DNA of 64,000 nucleotides, from the NCBI RefSeq assembly GCF_009914755.1, contig NC_060929.1; one strand, given 5' to 3'. Below the pieces are notes generated by a model that had not been told where the DNA came from, did no database searches, and saw only the letters and a list, made by a program, of their open reading frames with translations. Numbering within the stretch: position 1 is the stretch's first letter; each line of letters begins with the position of its first letter. Both the position numbers and the translations under genes were made by a program. Positions 13,866-27,731 of the stretch are shown here, in pieces. The DNA is from the human T2T-CHM13v2.0 reference genome, Homo sapiens.

Positions 13866-14313
13866 TGCAAGAGATGAAGAAAGAAGAAACAAACACAAAA
13901 AGCAGCTCAACAGTCAAAGACAGGCTTACTTTGGAGAATAAACCTGAGAGGAGCTTCTGGCCAATTTTGATCAGGAGCATTCTCTCTTACAGACTAAGGG
14001 TATTTAAAGGTTTAGGGAAGAAGAGCTTATCACAGGTTCAGGATGTTTCTGTGTGGAGGAGCATTTTATTGTATTGTGGGGTTGGAATGTCTCTGGTTGG
14101 AGGGGAGGTTATCTCGGGGCTGCCATGACTTTGGTTGGAGGGGTATTTATCGCAGGGTTGGAATGTTTCTGGTTGGAGGTGTTATTTGTGGTTTATGGTC
14201 ATGCTGACATTAACCATTAGGCTGATGTTTTTTGGATTGCATTTAGGCAGTTTTTAATCAAGGGGAACTTAAAATGAGGGTGTTTGTTCAAGATGGTGAA
14301 GCTCCTGCTGTCA
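13866..14313 (-). mobile_element. 5' LTR, LTR19A/B-like (ERV1)
   Basis: TG...CA ends; minus strand begins TGACAGCAGGAGCTTCACCATCTTGAACAAACACC; adjacent to the PBS. Confidence 0.82.
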
Positions 14314-14435
14314 ATGTCAATAGCTTGAAATTGGCCATTGTTAGAGCATTGACACTACAAAAATGAGCAAATGTTACAGATCAGAGCTTATTTTCCTCTC
14401 AAAGCGCGGGTTTTAATTCTTTACAAGCACACTGC
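14314..14435 (+). mobile_element. Right half of a MER63-like hAT DNA transposon
   Basis: tagcttgaaattggccattg...aaatgttacagatcagagc...ttacaagcacac resembles the MER63 3' half; the left half is not found in the window. Confidence 0.6.
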
Positions 14436-15084
14436 CTTCCTCCAGTGACATCTAGAGAAGATGGTCAGGAGAGGTGAAAATTGTGGAGGGAAAATGAATG
14501 AGACAGTAACTTTGTATTTTATCTTTGTGATTAGAGAATGACTCCCTGCAAAGAAAGGGAGGATGCTTAGTAAACACCTGGTTTGTACATATAAGATAGG
14601 AAAATTTGTTTTGAACTGAAAGCTGTAGTCCAAGTATATATTGTTGCTAGATTACATAGTGCATGCTTCATTTGTACAATCTCTTAATTGATTTTACATC
14701 AACAAATGGGAGGCATATGACACTACAAATATTTTAATTATGTAACTACAGATATTTTACTTATATAACTACATCTTGATCTGTAGCAAGCACATGCAGT
14801 AATTAGATCCAGTTAGATTTTTTCTTTCCCAACTTATTGCCTGAGGTAAATGGCTCTTTGTTAATTTCGAGCCTTTAATATAAATAGAAACACTTTTAAA
14901 AAGTTTTTGAGTGTCTGGGTCTGCAGAAATTTTAAAAAGTACATTGATTCTATTATTGAAAAAGATTTTAATAATCACAAGATCTATTTGCGTACATTGG
15001 AAAGGAATCAAAATTTTAAAAATGGGTATTAAATATGTCACTCCATCAGTTACTAACAGTGATAAAAGTATCCTACCTATTTAT

Positions 15085-15215
15085 ATTTTCTGATCCTCAT
15101 TTTCCTCATTTGTAAAACGGGGTTATGGTACCTTCCTTTTATGATTGTTGTAGGGATTAAATGAAATGACCTCCAATAAAAGTACTATATAGTGTCTGGC
15201 ACTTAATAAATGATT
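15085..15215 (+). mobile_element. MIR SINE
   Basis: Core cctcattttcctcatttgtaaaacgggg...gattaaatga. Confidence 0.75.
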
Positions 15216-15965
15216 GCAATTTTTATATTTTGCTGTCAGGATATAAACAGGTAATCATAATATTTACTGTGGGAACTCTTGGCAGATTTCGTTCCAGAAG
15301 TGCATGCCATATTTATTCCATAAGATTCATTATGTTGTTTTCCCTGTGTAATTCCTTTGCATGTCTTATGCATGTAGGCAGTATATTCAGATACAAGACC
15401 CTGGCATAACTACGGGGTTATTTGCACTTTAAGGCTTTCTGAAAGAAACCTGTCCCATGAGGTTCATTTCCTCAAACACTGTAAAACTGCAAAGGAAGCA
15501 GCTCTTCCTCTCACAGTTCTCAAGTCCTGAAGCAGTATTGCCTTTTATCTTCAGCTGCTTACAAGTCCTCAGAACTCTTGGGGGATAATTGCAATGTAAT
15601 GCTTTACAGCTGCTTGCTAGGTAATTTACTCAGCTGCCACCACCTGAGGAGATTAGCAGGGATTTCCCCTCCTGACACTGGGCCCCTGGAATTTACAGTC
15701 TTTTCCCTTTGTCTTCTGTGGTGGTATCAGTCATCTCCCTCAGGGTTCACTAGGGAGTCAGCCATTTTAAAGTACACAAGTCATTTGCCTGCTGGAGGAA
15801 ATACCAGGGAACCAATCCTAAGCAGGCTCAGGTAGCTTTCAGGGCATAGTCTCTCTTGGATTAGCCAACCCAGCTAAACCTGAAGTATTACCAGGCTCCT
15901 TTGTGTCCATGGGGCCTTAAAGCAAGGCTCTTAACCTTTTCATGTGCCATGGACCCATTTGGAAG

Positions 15966-16410
15966 TGTTATGGGCTGAAATGTATTTCCAATAAAAGATA
16001 AGTTGAAGTCCTAACACCACCACCCCCTTACATTAGAACGTGATCTTATGTGGAAATAAACTCTTCACAGAGGTAAGCAAGTTAAGACAAGGTCATTAGG
16101 GTGTGCCCTAATCCAGTATAACTAGCATTCTTATTTAAAAGGAGGAAATTTGAATGTCAAATGAACATGAAGGCGGAGATCTGAGTGATGTACCTGCAAG
16201 CCAAGGAATGCTAAAGATTGCCAGCAGAACAGTATAAACGGGGAAAGAGGCATGCAACAGATTCTCCCTAAAAGCCCTCAGAAGAAACCAACCCTGCCAA
16301 CACCTTAATCTCAGACTTCTAGTCCCCAGAACTATGGGACAATGAATTTCCCTTCCTTAAGCCATCCAGTTTATAATACTTTGTTAGGACAGCCCTAGAT
16401 AACTAACACA
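15966..16410 (+). mobile_element. MLT1B/C solo LTR
   Basis: tgttatgggctgaa...aactaacaca, with a 5-bp TSD ggaag/ggaaa. Confidence 0.85.
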
Positions 16411-16606
16411 GGAAATCTGTGAAGCCTCTGGATCCCTTCTCAAAATAATTATTTTTAAATGCATAAAATAATGTGCATAAGATAACAAGGGAAGTCAAAT
16501 ATATTAAACTATTATCATTTTTTTCAAAAACGACATTTTGATTCAGTCATATATGTACTCCTATATTAGTATATTAAATAACAAGATCTAGTGGTGGGTC
16601 AAAGAA

Positions 16607-16967
16607 TGTATTAGTCTGTTCTCATGCTGCTAATAAAGACATACCCCAGACTGGGTAATTTATAAAGGAAAGAGGTTTCATGGACTTACAGTTCCACATG
16701 GCTGGGGAGGCCTCACAAACATGGCAGAAGATGAAGGAAGGAAGAGCAAAGGGACTCCTTACATGGTGGGAGGCAAGCCAGTAATTTCAGGGGAACTCTC
16801 CTTTATAAAACCATCAGATCTCATGAAACTTATTCACTACCACGAGAACAGTGTGGGGGAAACCACCTCATGATTCAAGTATCTCCACCTGGCCCTACCC
16901 TTGACATATGGGGACTATTACAAATCAAGTTGAGATTTGGGTGGGGTCACACAGCCAAACCTTATAA
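16607..16967 (-). mobile_element. THE1 solo LTR
   Basis: tgtattagtctgttctcatgctgctaataaagac...acagccaaacc. Confidence 0.88.
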
Positions 16968-17499
16968 AATAAGTACTGTAATTTCAAAATATGGATGAGT
17001 ATAAAGGACATTTTGAGATCTGCAGCAACTTCAGTGTCATATGGAAATATCCATGACTTCTATTCGTCATGGGTACTGCTATTATTACTATTGCTGTTGC
17101 CAATACTCATAATTGAAGGAAATTATAAGTTCCAGTTAGAGATAGTGGAAATTAGGGTGTAACTTATTTCTCATGCAAATTCTTTGACCATCTAAGTTCC
17201 CTCCACAGGCATCTTGGGGGTCCATAGAGTCTAGGCTAAGAAACTCAGCTTTCAAGTCTTCAGTTCACAGAATCTTCCCTATTAAAACCTCTGATCACTT
17301 TGTTTATTCATACATACTCATTTATAACTTGATCTCCAGTCCCAGACTGCATCTTTCAGTATATTTTAGTGGTAAGATTCTTTTCTCTTTGATTTCCAGT
17401 TGATTCCTCAACACTGCCAAGAGGTTATTTTCCTGGGCCTGACATTGACCTGGAAATTGGTTTTGGAGATTACTAGAATTTAATATTTCCTTTGTTGTG

Positions 17500-19520
17500 G
17501 ATTTAGAGCTTCCCACTGAAATTTCCCAAACTAAGCCTCTGCTTCTCCTCTTTGTTTCCCCTTCTTACCTGGAATGTATGAAGTTCAGTTATTACTGGCA
17601 CATATTAGGCTTAGAAATATTCATGTTCACTCATTACACCCACTTGTAAAAATCTGTTCTCAGTTCTTCCCATACCCACATCCTTTCATGTAAACTCAAT
17701 CCACTGCTCTCATCAGTATGAAATGAATCTCCTATGACTTTGGCAAACCCCTACTCCAGCAAGAGCTATATATGAAGTCTCCAAGCTGAAGCAGATCTTG
17801 GTTTCACTATCAAGGTCTCTGGGAACACCTTGACTAGGTCCTTGACATATGTCTACCCAGTAATACAACTTCGTTGCTTTCACTTCCTGGGTATGTTCCA
17901 CTTCTTTATCAGCCTTCATCCAAGATTTTTGATGTTCTCCTCTGAGCACCCTCCTACAGCCTGCATGTGGCCTTGCTGGCTTAACACATTGACTTGCCTT
18001 TAAATTTCACTGTTGAATCCTCTGATTCTCGACTGTCTCTCCAACGTAACACTCAGATACTATATGGTAATTTATTTAAGATAATGTCTTTGGCTGTATC
18101 TCAGGATTTGCTGAATTACTAATTTCAGGATACTTTTGTTTCTATATCCATTGTCTCAGATTCTATTTATACCTTCCAGTTACACCTCAGGCTCTTTGAG
18201 CCGAGGTACTGCCTAAGTAATTCATGTACGACATGTACATAATAAAAACCTCACCTTTGTATTCTACCCACACTCATATCACTAATGGATGTAGTCAATT
18301 CTTGAAAAACTTACCTATACATAGTCTTAGTCTGTTTTATGGTACAACAGCAGAATACCTGAGACTGGGTACTTTATAAAGAACAGAAATTTATTTCTCA
18401 CAGTTCTAGAACTGGAAGTCCAAGACCAAGGCACCAGCGTCAGCTGAGGGCCATCTTGTTGATCCTCACTTGGCAGAAGAGCAAGATAGCATGCTAGCCA
18501 AACACTGCCTGAAGCCGCTTTTAAAAGGGCCTTAATCTTCCTAATAAGGGAGCAACCCTCATGGCCTAATAACCTCTTAAATGCCATCTCATTGGCAACA
18601 CCTGAGTTTTGAATGGGGCACATTCAATCTATAGTGCATGTAATATATACATTTAAAGAAAAGCAATTTGATGTCAGCATTTGCAAACACTGTATGTGAG
18701 ATTTACTGTTCATTTTGATTTATATTGTCTCCGGTGCCATCCAGAATCCTTAAGTAATTTTTAGTCATTCCCTAAAGAGTATGTTTTAAGTTTCCTGGTT
18801 TTGAACTTTTTATATTTGTTCCTGCCCGTATTCCTTTCATGAGAATCAAGAGAATATAATTTTGATCTGTCATCTGTGTCACAGTAGGGGCTCTCTTACT
18901 TAAGTGTGCCCAATATACTAGATCCGTGGCTGCACTGGAACCTTTCATTTTCTTTCTACCAGGCTTCAGCAGTCTTCTTTTCATTTTCATTTTCTGATTA
19001 CCTTAGATTACATAATCCCTTCCTTCAATCCTTCTCTATATATTGTCAACAGCTTTGTTTTTGTCCTTTTATCCACATATCCATAAAAGAGCCAACACAG
19101 AATATCTGTTTTCAAAGCCTGTACCAGCCTGATGCATTAATGCTGCTAGAGTAAAACTACAACTGTGGTGACTACTCTCAAGTTGTCCTATAAAATTGCC
19201 CAGCAATTTGGTTTTTTTCTATTACTTTGGCAGCTCTTTATCTTCTTTGTAGCAACTTTAAAAAATAGTCCAATTTCCTAAAATCTTAGAAATTCTAACT
19301 TCTCATGTCCTGAGAACACTATTTCAAAAAGAAATCAGAAACATCAGCTGAAAACCTGACATCAAACCTATAAATTTATTTGCCTCTGCATCAGGACTGT
19401 CCTATTTAACTTTTGTAAACAATGAGATAAATGAATATCCCATTCATTATTCAAAGATAATCCACATATCTGTGTTTTGGAAGACATTTCTCCCTTAACT
19501 CCTCAGAATTCTTGCTTCAC
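17500..19520 (+). mobile_element. L2 LINE fragment, interrupted by an MLT1; contains the source of the 9537-9769 copy
   Basis: Pyrimidine-rich degenerate L2-like sequence continues on both sides of 18979-19215. Confidence 0.6.
18321..18635 (-). mobile_element. MLT1A-like LTR
   Basis: gtcttagtctgtttt...ataaagaacagaaatttatttctcacagttctaga...ggggcacattcaatctatag. Confidence 0.8.
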
Positions 19521-19531
19521 TGACACATGCA

Positions 19532-20391
19532 TGTGGAGCACACACCAGAATCCTATGCATATCCCACTGCCATTGCTATTCCCACATAAGTCAATAAAAT
19601 CTCACTGCAAGCAACTAGGATTCTCTGCCTGATGACTTTATCTGGTTGCAAGAACATGCTCAGCCTGCCTGTGAAATAGGTAGGCAATGGACAATTCTGG
19701 GGAGTTGTTCTTAATCAAACAATAGCCCTTATCCAATGACTACATCAATTAGTGCATAAATACCCCATGCTTCTCACCCTTAGGGTGAGATAACTTTGAG
19801 GCATGTTCTACACTGGACCCTACAAACTGCAATGTAATTGAGTCTCACTTGCCCACAGTGACAACATGCTTGTATTAGTCCATTTTCATACTGCTATAAA
19901 GAACTGCCTGAGACTGGGTAATTTGTAAAGGAAAGAGGTTTAATTTATTCACAGTTCAGCATGGCTGGGAAGGCCTCAGGAAATTTACAATCATGGCAGA
20001 AAGGGAAGGGGAAGCAAGACACCTTCTTAACAAGGTGGCAGGAAGGAGAAGTGCTGAGCAAAGCAGGGAAGAGCCCCTTATAAAACCATCAGATCTCGTG
20101 AGTACTCACTCTCACTATCACAAGAACAGCATGGGGGAAACCGCTCCTATTATTCAACTACCTCCACTTGCTCTCTCCCTTGACACGTGGGGATTATGAG
20201 GATTAAAATTCAAGATGAGATTTGGGTGAGGACACAAAGCCTAACCATATCAATGGTTAATATCACTCTGACTGGCTTTCTTTCCTACCTTGTCTCACTT
20301 TTCTATTCCCCTAGTGGTGGGTTCCCATATAAACTACTTTCACTCAACTCCTTGGCTCAGGTTCTGTCTCTGGGGGAACCCAACCTAAGAG
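19532..20391 (+). mobile_element. LTR16-like ERVL LTR, interrupted by an MST LTR
   Basis: ataaataccccatgcttctcacccttagggtgagataactttgaggcatgttctacac...ggggaacccaacctaagaga. Confidence 0.72.
19871..20252 (-). mobile_element. MSTA-like MaLR solo LTR
   Basis: tgtattagtccattttcatactgc...aaccatatca, TSD atgct/atggt. Confidence 0.88.
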
Positions 20392-21120
20392 AGTTGGTTC
20401 TAGAAATTCATCCCTAGATAGCCGTTCTGGAATTGGATTAACTGCAAGCCAAATCATTGCTAGTAATAAATGATATTGTGAGACATCTTGCCATTCTATA
20501 GCATCATAAGCTCTAAGATTCTCACCTGTGGCTGTGTGGGATAGATTATAAAGGGATGGGGGTACACTGATTTATGCAGTAGCTCTAGGTTCTGCTCCCT
20601 GGCAATATGGAATTAGTTGGTTATTACTGATGGAAGAAAATAACAGACACAGATCAGCCAACTAAAAACTGGGGTAACAGTATAAAAACTTAACAGTTAT
20701 TGTGGCAGTGTTTAAAGAGGCCCTCATCCACTATAGCTGGAGGGAAGGTTCTGCTGAGATGAAGAGGAACCAGATTTGATTGAGAGTTCCAAAATTTAAA
20801 AACATGCTGGTATCACAGCCTGGATAATTTCTGTGTAAAGTTAGGACCCTAATAAGAAAAGACTGAGACCCTAAGACTCTAGTTGGAGACATCTAATTGC
20901 AGGACATGGGAACTCCAGGTTTCCCCAAACCCTCTGTACTGGTAAAAGTGGTCCCTGTTTCTCTTGATAAAAGAGAGCTGTTGCTCATTGCCTAGAGATT
21001 TTGTGAAGTTTTCACCTAAATCAAGATCACCTTCTTAAAATCTATCCCCATCTTTTATCTTTACTTTTAGAGCAATAAGAACAGTCATGCCTTGACATTG
21101 TTCAAGCAATGTCGCAAATA

Positions 21121-21355
21121 CAGATTGAACATCCCTTATCCAAAATGCTTGGGACCAGAAGTGTTTTGTATTTCAGCTTTTTTGCAGATTTTTGAATATG
21201 TGCAGATAACAATGGTTGAGCATCTCTAATCTGAAAATCTGAAATCCAAAATACTCCAATGAGCATTTCTTTTGAGTGTCAGGTAGGTGCTCAAATAGTT
21301 TTGGATTTTGAAGCATTTAGGATTTAGGATTTTTGTATTAAGGATGCTCAACTTA
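21121..21355 (+). mobile_element. Tigger4a-like TcMar MITE
   Basis: Terminal inverted repeats cagattgaacatccct / ggatgctcaactta with flanking TA dinucleotides. Confidence 0.8.
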
Positions 21356-22390
21356 TACTCAATGAAAGCAATTACTTACCAAGAGATAGCTATAGTACCT
21401 ACATAACATGTAAGGGCAGAACCAGCCAAAAGTGCCTGAGGAGAATCTTGAGGGGTCTGGGGCAGGGAAGGTGGAATACAGGACTGGATGGGATAGCTTA
21501 TTGACATAGCAACACTATTTTGATCTAAAAATATAACAAATGTTATTGGAGTTAGTCCTAATATAATGCTGGAAGACTCCTTGAAGGTTAAAATCATGAT
21601 AGCCTACAGGAGATGAGCAAATCTACAAGAATTGCTAGAACTTCTTGACATAGTATTAAGAAAGAGCCTAAAATGCTGAGAGAGCTGGGCATATAAGATT
21701 GGGTTTACTACATAAATTCAATGACCTGTCAAGTGACTGCAATCCACTGCCAGGCTGAGAAGACACTACCTTCAGTAAAGTGATAAACAATTCACTGGTA
21801 AATAGGCACCAGATTGGTTGAGAAGCTCAGTGGTAACTGGCTAGTTGACAGTAGGAGATTCTGTTATGAAAGGAGCTTCCCTAATGTCCATATGAAAGGG
21901 TGCTGGAATGGCAGAGGCCAACTGATGGTATTTAATCAGTAGAGGTAAGTTGTACACAATTACCATAATAGGCAGCAAGGCCAAAATGGCAACTAAAAGA
22001 CTTTTAGAAACCTGCAAGAGATCCACAGCAGTGGGTAACAAACCATCATGTTTCTAGAGTGGAGAGAAATGAGCATCAACAAGAGTGTGGCTTGACTTAG
22101 GTGTCCTGAAAACACCAAGAAAGGGTGAGAAGAAGGCTGACAGTGGCTATAATGGAAAAATCACATTAAGCCAGTTCTCAAACCCAGAGCCCATTGACTG
22201 GATGGGAAACCAGGTACTGTTAAGGAAGAAGCCTAGAATGCAATTGCAAGCATGTATAGTGCCTGTACCACCATCCTTCTAAATAGGGACTGTGGGCATT
22301 TGCTAGAACAAACATACATTGGTAAAAAGGGAAATATCAGTATCTTTTGAGGGCTATTAGATACAGAGTCTGAGCTAATACTGGTATTAA

Positions 22391-23513
<1,123 letters not shown>

Positions 23514-24027
23514 AAAACTCCAGATCTTCTCATGGCATTCCTGTTAGTATAGAGTCCTAGCCCAGCTTCATCTCACATTGAGTCCAGTGGGTCTGCAGAC
23601 CTACCCTGGGTGCATAACTTTTACAGGTGTATCCAGAAGCTTATAGAACCCTCACATTGATTTCTTAAGCTATAAATTGAGAGACATTTTGAAACTGCTC
23701 CCCACTTCCACACAGCCAAGATTGTAAATCAGAGAAGTGATACTGCATTTGAGGAGAATACTAGAAATTAATGCCACCTACAAACAAATTTTATAGGAGT
23801 AGATGTCTCCAGGCTATCCCAGTTGGGTTCACTGGTATAACCTCTCCAAAAACCATAAAGAAGATGGTAGATAATGGTGCATTATAATAAAATTATTAAT
23901 GAGGTAGTCTCACTTGTAACTGCTGTTCAGATGCAGTATTTTGTACCCTGACACATGTTTTGTGGCTTTTCAATTCCCTTCCAAAAGAATCCCATTCACC
24001 TGGGATAGACAATAATACATATATTCA

Positions 24028-24308
24028 GGCCAGGTGCAGGGGCTCACATCTATAATCTCAGCACTTTCAGAGGCTGAGGTGAGTGGAATGCTTGAACCCA
24101 GAAGTTGGAGACCAGCCTGGGTAACATGGTGAGACCCCGTCTCTACCAAAACTACAAAAAATTAGCTGGGGGTGTTGGTGCACACCTGTGGTCCCAGCTA
24201 CTCAGGAGGCTGAGGTAGGAGAATCACCTGAGCCTGGGAAGTCGTGGCTGCAGTGAGCTGTGATCACACCACAGGACTCCAACCTGGGCAACAGAAGAGA
24301 CCCTTTCT
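24028..24308 (+). mobile_element. AluJ-like element lacking a poly(A) tail
   Basis: Dimeric Alu sequence ggccaggtgcag...agagacccttt. Confidence 0.9.
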
Positions 24309-25001
24309 ATATGTACATGTTCTTGCCATAGAATCAGAGCTCTTGGCCATCTTGACATTCCACAAAACACTATGCTGGCCTACTATTTTAATATCATGGA
24401 AACCAGATCTGATGATCAGGAGTATCAAGTACACACGGTCCCTGAAGAAATTGAAGGAGAAAAGCCTTACCAGAATTTACAGTCCTGTTATGTATAAAGT
24501 TTTGAGAAATCTGTTAGTGTGAGGCATGCTGTGATACCTCCTCCAGAGTAAAGGTTAAGTCACTATAACTTGCACCTCCTACTAGTCTATGCTAAGAGGC
24601 AGAGACCTTGTTAGGTTTTTTGGCTTTTGAAATTAGGACCTATACTTGAAGGTACTACTCAAATCCATTTATCAGGTGACTCAGAAGGCTTCCACTTTGA
24701 ATGAGGTCAAGACTAAGTGAGGGATTAGCAGCAGGTTCAGGCTGTACTATGTGTCCCTATTGGTTGGTCCACAGAACCTAGCAGATCCACTAATGCTAGA
24801 GATAACTGTGGTAGATAAGAATAGTGTGTGATGTTCCTGAAAAGCCCTGATATGAGAACCCTGATATAAAAATCATAGTGCAGACACCTAGGGTTCAAAA
24901 ACAAGGCCATGTTGCCCAAAACAGAGAAATCTTGACCATCCTAAAACAGCTACTGGCATGTTCTCTTCCCCTGGTAGAGACTATGGTCTCAGCCACAGCA
25001 T

Positions 25002-25531
25002 TATAGGGGAGGCAAAAATATTTTTTCTCTACTCATCTCAAATTTTTCAGCCAAGGCCCTGTAAATTACTGTCAAAAGACAGGTTAACAGGAGAAAAGCA
25101 TATAAATTTAATTTAGTAATTTTTACAGTGCTTGGGAGTCTCACAAGAAAAATGACAACACTAACAAGCAGTTAGGGCTAAAAGCTTATGTACCAGTTTG
25201 GATAATGTGTAGTAAATTGTGAACATATGACATTACAAAGGGGTTTGTGATAGGAGAAAGTATAGAAAGATAAGTTTAAGCTAACCCAGTTTAACAAGCT
25301 TCATTTGTACAGATTTCTCTTGGCTTCAACTACTCATGTCTGGTGATAAGAATGTCTTCCTTCTGGTATACAAAGAATACCTTTCACATGGGGTTTATTT
25401 TCTGCTTTCAGAAAGACAAAAAGAAGCTCAGATTGCCCTTCTTTCATCTGCTGCTTTTTAAGTGCCTTTAACTTAAAATAATCCTATGCCAAACTGGCAT
25501 ATTTTAGGGTTGCATATTCTGTTACCCTACA
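25002..25531 (-). mobile_element. MER34-family solo LTR (ERV1)
   Basis: Minus strand starts tgtagggtaacagaatatgcaaccctaaaatatgcc. Confidence 0.72.
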
Positions 25532-25639
25532 GGTTCAATGTCAGAAATACCAAACCAAGAGGGTGAGTGGGTGCAACAGCAACCCAACATATATGATGGA
25601 AATTGGTACCAGACAGGTCCAGAGGGGCACAGGTAAGGT

Positions 25640-26154
25640 ACATGAACAGTTAGCTGATACCTCCATGACATCTACCCCTGTTGTATAAATACCTCTACCT
25701 CAACTCATATTATGGCCTAATAAGGGAATAGGTCTGGTTTACACATTGATCAGCTAGATTTGTTTATGCAGCCTGAAACTGTACAGTCGCCACAAACCCA
25801 GAGCAGTTCCTCAAGAAAGACGAGGGGAAGTCTTCACAATGGACAGAGCTTTGAGCAATATACCTGTTCACTAACTTGGTGTGGAGTGGAAATGGTCTGT
25901 GGTAAATATATACCCAGATTCATACGCAATGGCAAATGACTTGGTTAGGGTCCTACAAAGAATGAGATTTAAAAGTTAAAGACAAGAACTGCTCTGGGTG
26001 TGTGGCAACAGTACAGTTTCAGGCTGCATAAACAAATCTAGCTGATCAATGTGTAAACCAGACCTAATCCCTTATTAGGCCATAATACGAGTTGAGGTAG
26101 AGGTATTTACACAACAGGGTAGATGTCATGGGGGTATGGGCTAACTGTTCATGT
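25640..26154. repeat. Inverted repeat, arms 25640-25809 and 25986-26154
   Basis: Manual alignment gives 9 substitutions plus 1 indel over 170 bp, with a 176-bp spacer. Confidence 0.96.
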
Positions 26155-26647
26155 TAAAGACAAGGAGTATGGGAAAGAAGCATGCAGGAGGATCCATAAG
26201 AGTGGGAGCTAAATTTGTTGATACTTGTGTGTCATGTCAATTCCCACCAGAGATCCAAAAGAAGGCTCTGTACTACAGATGACTCATCCAGTAGATACCA
26301 GCTAGCCTCTGACTTTGGTCACTCCAGTATTTGCATAAGGAAGCCTTGGCAGGGAAGGGGGTATGCCCATCTCCAGAATCATGGGCCCCTCTGACTGATG
26401 CTGATCTAGCTGCTGCCACTGCTGAATATCCTGCATATTTACAGTGGAGACCAACACTGAGCCCTGCTTATGGGTGGATCTTGAGGCAGAACAACTAGCC
26501 ACTTAGTGGCAAGTTGTTTGATACAAACAAACACCCTCCACCAGGAAGAGGCAAAGAAATAATATGTGTTCTAGGTATAGATTTTTCTTCTTAACCCACA
26601 GTGCTTCAGCCAGCAGCTGTATTCAAGAGCTCACAGAGTATATTAAG

Positions 26648-27120
26648 TGTATTAGTCAGGGTTCTCTAGAGCGACAGAACTTACATATATATATATATAA
26701 TATATATATATATGGAGTTTATTAAGTATTAACTTAAATGATCATACATTAAGTATTAACTTAAATGATCATGAGGTCCCACAATAGGTTGTCTGCAAGC
26801 CTGAGGAGCAAGGAGAGCCAGTCTGAGACTCAAAACTGAAGAACCTGGGATCCAACGTTCCAGGGCAGGAAGCATCCAGCATGGGAGAAATGGGTAGGAT
26901 GGGAAACTAGGCCCGTCTCTCCTTTTCACGTTTTGCTGCCTGCTTTATGTTCACTGGCAGCTGATTACATGGTGCCCACCCAATTAAGGATGGGTCTGCC
27001 TCTCCCAGCCCACTGACTCAAATGTTAATCTCCTTTGACAACACCCTCACAGACACACCCAAGACCAATACTTTGTATCCTTCAATCCAATCAAGTTGAC
27101 ACGCAGTATGAACCATCACA
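26648..27120 (-). mobile_element. MLT2A1-like solo LTR with internal (TA)n
   Basis: tgtattagtcagggttctctagag...aaccatcaca. Confidence 0.9.
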
Positions 27121-27423
27121 CAGAGTATCTCATTTAACAACATAGGATCCCGTCTAAAATTAACTTGGACCTCCCAGATTATAAACAGTAAGGAAGGGAT
27201 CAGGTCTATCATGGACACCATTGTGCCCCCTGTGCCTTTCAGAATTCTGGGCCCTATGTAGGTACTAAATCGATATTTGTTAAAAGAAAAAGGAAGAAAT
27301 TTTGAAAACAAACATATTAAGTGTATTTAGAATTGTATTTCATGCCCTTCTCTATGAACATTGCCTCTAGTGACAAACCCACCAAATCTATTAGATACTG
27401 TTTTTCAAGAATAAAAAAGATGA

Positions 27424-27731
<308 letters not shown>

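Larger units (their letters stand above)
15923..17248 (+). mobile_element. MER119-like hAT element, interrupted by two LTRs
   Basis: Start ctcttaacctttt...gccatggaccc, resuming after each insert, end ...ggtccatagagtctaggctaagaaactc. Confidence 0.7.
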
